NCBI GenBank assembly: GCA_963781585.1
Contig: CAWAGQ010000010.1
Location: 128,001-192,000, forward strand
DNA from: an uncultured Gemmatimonadaceae bacterium
GTDB taxonomy: Bacteria; Gemmatimonadota; Gemmatimonadetes; Gemmatimonadales; Gemmatimonadaceae
Length of the DNA stretch: 64,000 bases
Reading direction: 5' to 3'
Under the pieces are notes generated by a model, which saw only the letters and a program-made list of their open reading frames with translations, was not told where the DNA came from and did not search any database. Position numbers and translations under genes: made by a program. Numbering within the stretch: position 1 is the stretch's first letter; the number at the start of each line of letters is the position of its first letter. Below are positions 60,003 through 64,000 of this stretch, piece after piece.

Positions 60003-61607
60003 TCACCCGCACCGCTGCAATACCCGCCGCGCGTCTGGCGCGCCTGGAAACAGGGCGAGGGCACGGCGGGCGTATCCGCGCGCTACCGCGCACTGGCCGC
60101 GAGCGGCGTAGAGTTGAGCCACGCGAAGATTGATCCGGTAGCTGCCCGGATCCCATGACGCGGCGGCAATCCACCCGGCGCGCGATCCACCCGTCCCGAC
60201 TCTGGTGATGGCGACAGTCTGCATCTCGCTCCGGAGAACGGCGGCGCCGACGGTGACGAGGAGCGCAGCCTTGGTGATGAACCGCGGCCCGCGCGCGATC
60301 GTCACCGCGCGTCCGCGGCGGCCGCCGCCGCTCGCTGCGCCCAGCACCGACCACGCGACAAACGCCGGCGCGGCGAGGAGCAGCACCGCGTCAAAGAGGC
60401 TGACCACGAGGGTAGTGGTGATGGTCGCGAGCAGCGTGAGCTTCCCCAGCACGGCGTCGCTATCGCCGGCCTCCGGCCATCGCCGCCAGGCGCTCAGGTA
60501 CAACGACCCGAATACGCCGAGCAACGCGAGCACCGCCACTATGCCTCGCTCCGACAGCAGGGCGATCCAGTCGCTGCTCGGCCACGGGTTCGCGGTCATG
60601 CCATCGTCGGCAATCGAGGGGTCACCGCGCGGGGCGAATTCAACGTAATGCACCGGCCAATTGCCCGGACCGACACCAAGAATCGGATTCGCGACTGCCA
60701 TCCTGACCGAGTTTCGGTACTGCGCGACGCGACCCCGGCCGCTGCCGCTGCTGTAGTCCACCAGCCCGAGCGCCGAATCGAGGTACGGAGAGTCGCTGGT
60801 CCAGTTGAGATGGTTCGGCAGGAGGACGGCCAGGCCGGCGCCTGCTGCGCCGCTCAACGCCAGACGCCGGAACCGATCGCGCACGCGTTTCGCCGTCCAG
60901 TGACGCCGCGAGGCGAGCAGCGGAATGACAACACTCGCGACGCAGGCGATGACGGCGAGCCAGGCAGCGCGCGTTCGCGACAGGATCAGCACTGCCGCGA
61001 CGACCGCGACGCCGACCGACCCCAGGACGGCGCCGAGCGAGCGCCGAGCAGTCACCGCGCAATAGACGAGGGTCGGCAATCCGATCGCCGCCAGGTGCGC
61101 CACGAAGTTGCGATTGCCGAACGTGCCGCCGGGGACGCGGTTGAGGCTGAAGTATGCGCTCGTCAAGCCGTACGCCTGCGCCAGCGCCGTGGCGGCGCCG
61201 CACACCGTGGCCAGGGCCGCGGCGGCAAGGATTGGTCGATGCCATCCTGCCGCAGCGAGCCGTCTGGTCATCCAGAAAATCACCGCACTGGACGCGCTCA
61301 CCCCCAAGGCGCGCTGTGCCAGCCAGTGGTTGGTGGCGAACAGCGAGGAAGCTGCGCTGCAGACGAGGAAGAGCACCAGCAGAGCGTCGGCGGCATCGAG
61401 CGTCACCGTGTGCGCCCGCGCGAGCAGCATGACCGCGGTGACGAAGGCGACGAGATGCAGCGCGAGCTCCTTCGGCACAAAGTACCGATCGAGCTCGAAG
61501 GACTTGTGCGGAAGCGCCGCCAACGTAACGGCGATGAGCCCCGCAGACAGGAGCCCGACTGCCGCGGCGCTCCACCACCCCGTGGGGGGCGCACGTTCCT
61601 CCGTCAT
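60003..61607 (-). CDS. O-antigen ligase family membrane protein with C-terminal TPR-like helices
   Basis: GTFGNRNF, SRTRAAWLA, PILGVGPGNW, SERGIV. Confidence 0.8.
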   Translation of the reverse strand: MTEERAPPTGWWSAAAVGLLSAGLIAVTLAALPHKSFELDRYFVPKELALHLVAFVTAVMLLARAHTVTLDAADALLVLFLVCSAASSLFATNHWLAQRALGVSASSAVIFWMTRRLAAAGWHRPILAAAALATVCGAATALAQAYGLTSAYFSLNRVPGGTFGNRNFVAHLAAIGLPTLVYCAVTARRSLGAVLGSVGVAVVAAVLILSRTRAAWLAVIACVASVVIPLLASRRHWTAKRVRDRFRRLALSGAAGAGLAVLLPNHLNWTSDSPYLDSALGLVDYSSGSGRGRVAQYRNSVRMAVANPILGVGPGNWPVHYVEFAPRGDPSIADDGMTANPWPSSDWIALLSERGIVAVLALLGVFGSLYLSAWRRWPEAGDSDAVLGKLTLLATITTTLVVSLFDAVLLLAAPAFVAWSVLGAASGGGRRGRAVTIARGPRFITKAALLVTVGAAVLRSEMQTVAITRVGTGGSRAGWIAAASWDPGSYRINLRVAQLYAARGQCAVARGYARRALALFPGAPDARRVLQRCG

Positions 61608-61674
61608 GGGATTCCGACTGGCGTTACCGGATCCCGTGTGCTGGCTCGCCGACCACGAGCATCGCCGAGTTCGG

Positions 61675-62889
61675 TCACCGCCGGGGCGGCGGCCGTGGCG
61701 GGTCCACCAGCGTCGCGTGCGAGCTGCGGTAGGGCTCGAAGCCGCGTCCCCAGTCCACCCCCACCACCTGCACGTCAACCGCGGTTCCGTTCACCGTCAC
61801 GACCAGATAGTGAAAGGGATTGGCTCCGGGGTCTGACGATGGGCGAACGAGATGCTCGAGCGAGACGTGCTCGCTCGCGGCGCCGCGAAGATAGTCGCCC
61901 AGCGCAGGCTCGCCGCGATACGCGTAGAGTGGCGCACCCCCTCCTCCGCTCACGATCTCATCGATGCGATGGGTCCCCGTGCTGTCCTGGTAGCGCTCGA
62001 CCCAGTGCTCGAACAGGTGCTCGTGTCCCGTCAGCAGCAGTCGCACGTGATATTGCCGGAACAACGGCATGTAGAGTGTTCTGAGGACGGCCGCCTGCCG
62101 TTCCACGGTCGCCCCGCCGTGTGGTCCCGAAGAGAAGGGTGGGTGATGGAAGAAAGCCACCACGTTCACGTACCGGCGCCGGTCGAGCCCGGCGAGCTGT
62201 CCCTTCACCCAGTTGAACTGGATCGTGTCTCCCGCAATGTCGGAGTCGAACGCGATGAAGAACGAGTTGCCGTATCCAAACGCGTACGCCGGATAACCCG
62301 GCAGCCGCCGGGGGGAGCCGTCGGGCGGAATGAGCTTCGCGTTCGCGGCCAGATAGTTGCGCAACCCGGCAATGCGATCGGGCGCATTGATGTCCGGTGA
62401 GCTGGTCACGTCATGATTGCCGGGGGCAAGGAAGTACCAGACCCCGCCCACACTCGTCAGGCGCTCGATCAACGGGATGTAGCTGATGTTCCACTGGGCG
62501 CAGAAGACGCCGGACTGGACGGCGTCGCCACTCTGCAGCACGAAGCGGACAGGTGCAGGTCCATTTGCCATCGACCTGATCGTGCCGAGGATCGACTCGA
62601 TGACCAGCGTGTGTTCCGCCTGAAGCGCCGTACCATCATGGCGCCCACGGGTGTCGCCATAGGCGATGAAGGAGAACCTGGTGATTCCGGCCGACGCCGC
62701 CTCGGATGGGAGGGGCTGGCTGGGCGGCGCGATCGCGCGCACCGAATCCCCGGCGCATGGGCTGGCCGCGTTCGGCGACGGTACCCCCTGCGCCGCCGAG
62801 TGCGCCGGCAGGGCGACCACCAGAATTGCAATCACGATTCCTGCAGGGGGGAGGAGCAGCCGCCGCCTGAGTGAAACAGCCACGGACAT
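61675..62889 (-). CDS. secreted calcineurin-like metallophosphoesterase
   Basis: YGDTR, SGDAV, PGNHD, FHHP, GHEH, SGGGGAPLY; start approximate. Confidence 0.85.
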   Translation of the reverse strand: MSVAVSLRRRLLLPPAGIVIAILVVALPAHSAAQGVPSPNAASPCAGDSVRAIAPPSQPLPSEAASAGITRFSFIAYGDTRGRHDGTALQAEHTLVIESILGTIRSMANGPAPVRFVLQSGDAVQSGVFCAQWNISYIPLIERLTSVGGVWYFLAPGNHDVTSSPDINAPDRIAGLRNYLAANAKLIPPDGSPRRLPGYPAYAFGYGNSFFIAFDSDIAGDTIQFNWVKGQLAGLDRRRYVNVVAFFHHPPFSSGPHGGATVERQAAVLRTLYMPLFRQYHVRLLLTGHEHLFEHWVERYQDSTGTHRIDEIVSGGGGAPLYAYRGEPALGDYLRGAASEHVSLEHLVRPSSDPGANPFHYLVVTVNGTAVDVQVVGVDWGRGFEPYRSSHATLVDPPRPPPRR

Positions 62890-63223
62890 TTGGGTCTCCG
62901 TAAACAAGAAGTTCCTGACACGGGGCGGAAAACGTTCGCCGCGGACGGAGCAGCTGGTTCCGGTACAAGCGAGCAGGTTGGGAACAGACACCATGGGCTG
63001 CTGCGTCGGGCCGCTGGTGAGGAATGGGTAACGATCGGTTCACCATCCAGCGAGTGGCGGTCGTGCCGTTTCAGTCTCCGCACCCGAACATCTTCAAGCA
63101 GCCAAAGAAGCCCACCTGACGCGGCCCCCCCGGACGCCAAGGCATCGGCGCATCGCGACGCCGCACGGGAGAACTCTGCTGCGGAGGCCCTTGACCACGG
63201 CGGAGCGGCGTCGACATCCATAG

Positions 63224-64000
63224 ATGCCAGTGGACGCCCACGCCCGCTCCCCCCTTCGTGTCGCCATCGATCCGTCAGCGCGCCAATCTCTCCCCGAGGT
63301 GGCGTATGTGATTCGCACGCTCCTCCGGACCGCCGGTTATCCCTGGCGGATCGAATGGGCTGATGGATCGGACGAGCCAGTGGACATCGCTTATGGGACG
63401 GCGGCGTGGAGCCGCGCCCGCGTTCGCATTCCGGCCGTGTCGTGGCCCCTGGCGGATGTTCTCGAGCGTCCGCCGGACGCGGCGACCTCGTGGCAGGGCA
63501 TTCCGCTGCCTCGATTCCCGGGAGAGCAATGGGCTGAGGGAGAGGCCTCTCCCGGGCATCTCGAGTTCCCCTCCGACGTCCTCCTGGCGTGCTACTGGTG
63601 GCTCACCGGAGCATATGAGAAGCGCTGCACGCGTGACCGTCGCGACAATCTCTCGCTCAATCCCTGGCCGTTCATTGTGCAGGCCGGGCTGCTCCGGAAG
63701 CCGACGGTCTCGCTGAGCGCGGCGCTGTTGCGCCGCCGTTTCGAGGAGTGGGGACGCCCGGCCGCCCGCCCGCTCTGGCTATCGGATTCGACGCATGCCG
63801 CGTTTGCATTCACGCACGACGTCGACTATCCCGAGATCATCCGGTGGGTCGAGATCCCGCGCCTCCTCGCCAGGCGCGGCACCGGCGGGTTGCGGCTCGC
63901 CACAGCCGTCGCCACGGGGAAGAGCCACTTCTGGAAGTTCGCGGACTGGGTCGATCTCGCCGAGGCCTTCGGGACGCGGCCCGCGTTCTACTTCATGGCC
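63224..64000 (+). CDS. polysaccharide deacetylase-like protein (partial, runs off window)
   Basis: Own translation from ATG 63224: ...FAFTHDVDYP...G.RPAFYFMA; no stop before the window end. Confidence 0.7.
   Translation, partial: MPVDAHARSPLRVAIDPSARQSLPEVAYVIRTLLRTAGYPWRIEWADGSDEPVDIAYGTAAWSRARVRIPAVSWPLADVLERPPDAATSWQGIPLPRFPGEQWAEGEASPGHLEFPSDVLLACYWWLTGAYEKRCTRDRRDNLSLNPWPFIVQAGLLRKPTVSLSAALLRRRFEEWGRPAARPLWLSDSTHAAFAFTHDVDYPEIIRWVEIPRLLARRGTGGLRLATAVATGKSHFWKFADWVDLAEAFGTRPAFYFMA

Overview
High-GC bacterial chromosome segment. It is probably Gemmatimonadota, inferred only from gene content: PadR plus duplicated orphan permease, RCC1 and Ig lipoproteins, and CCA-less tRNAs. 0.3-18 kb is a stress/hypoxia-type cluster: CBS, P1B-5 ATPase, USP, Acg-like, MgtC, MlaED and three sensor kinases with two response regulators. 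18-41 kb holds housekeeping, peptidase and ABC genes, efp and a 7-tRNA array. 41.3-54.25 kb is a ~12.8 kb integrative island in tRNA-Gly(CCC), bounded by a 105-bp direct repeat. The island carries a tyrosine integrase whose ORF runs through the att site, a Xis-like gene, mobC, and a deletion scar joining a relaxase 5' end to a SNF2 helicase 5' end. It also carries an XRE-HTH + IrrE-type peptidase (CapH/CapP-like) pair that is divergent from a bacterial ubiquitination operon (Ubl, E2-like, JAB-E1 fusion; Bub-like, with Ser/Tyr where catalytic Cys is expected). That operon is followed after 87 bp by a complete qatABCD defence system. This apparent single stress-inducible cassette with two protein-conjugation chemistries is the best candidate for a new system. 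Separately, the octamer CGTTAGGC is strongly over-represented in host DNA, often via rare TTA codons, and I found no copy in the island. All calls come from reading motifs by eye; no database search was run.
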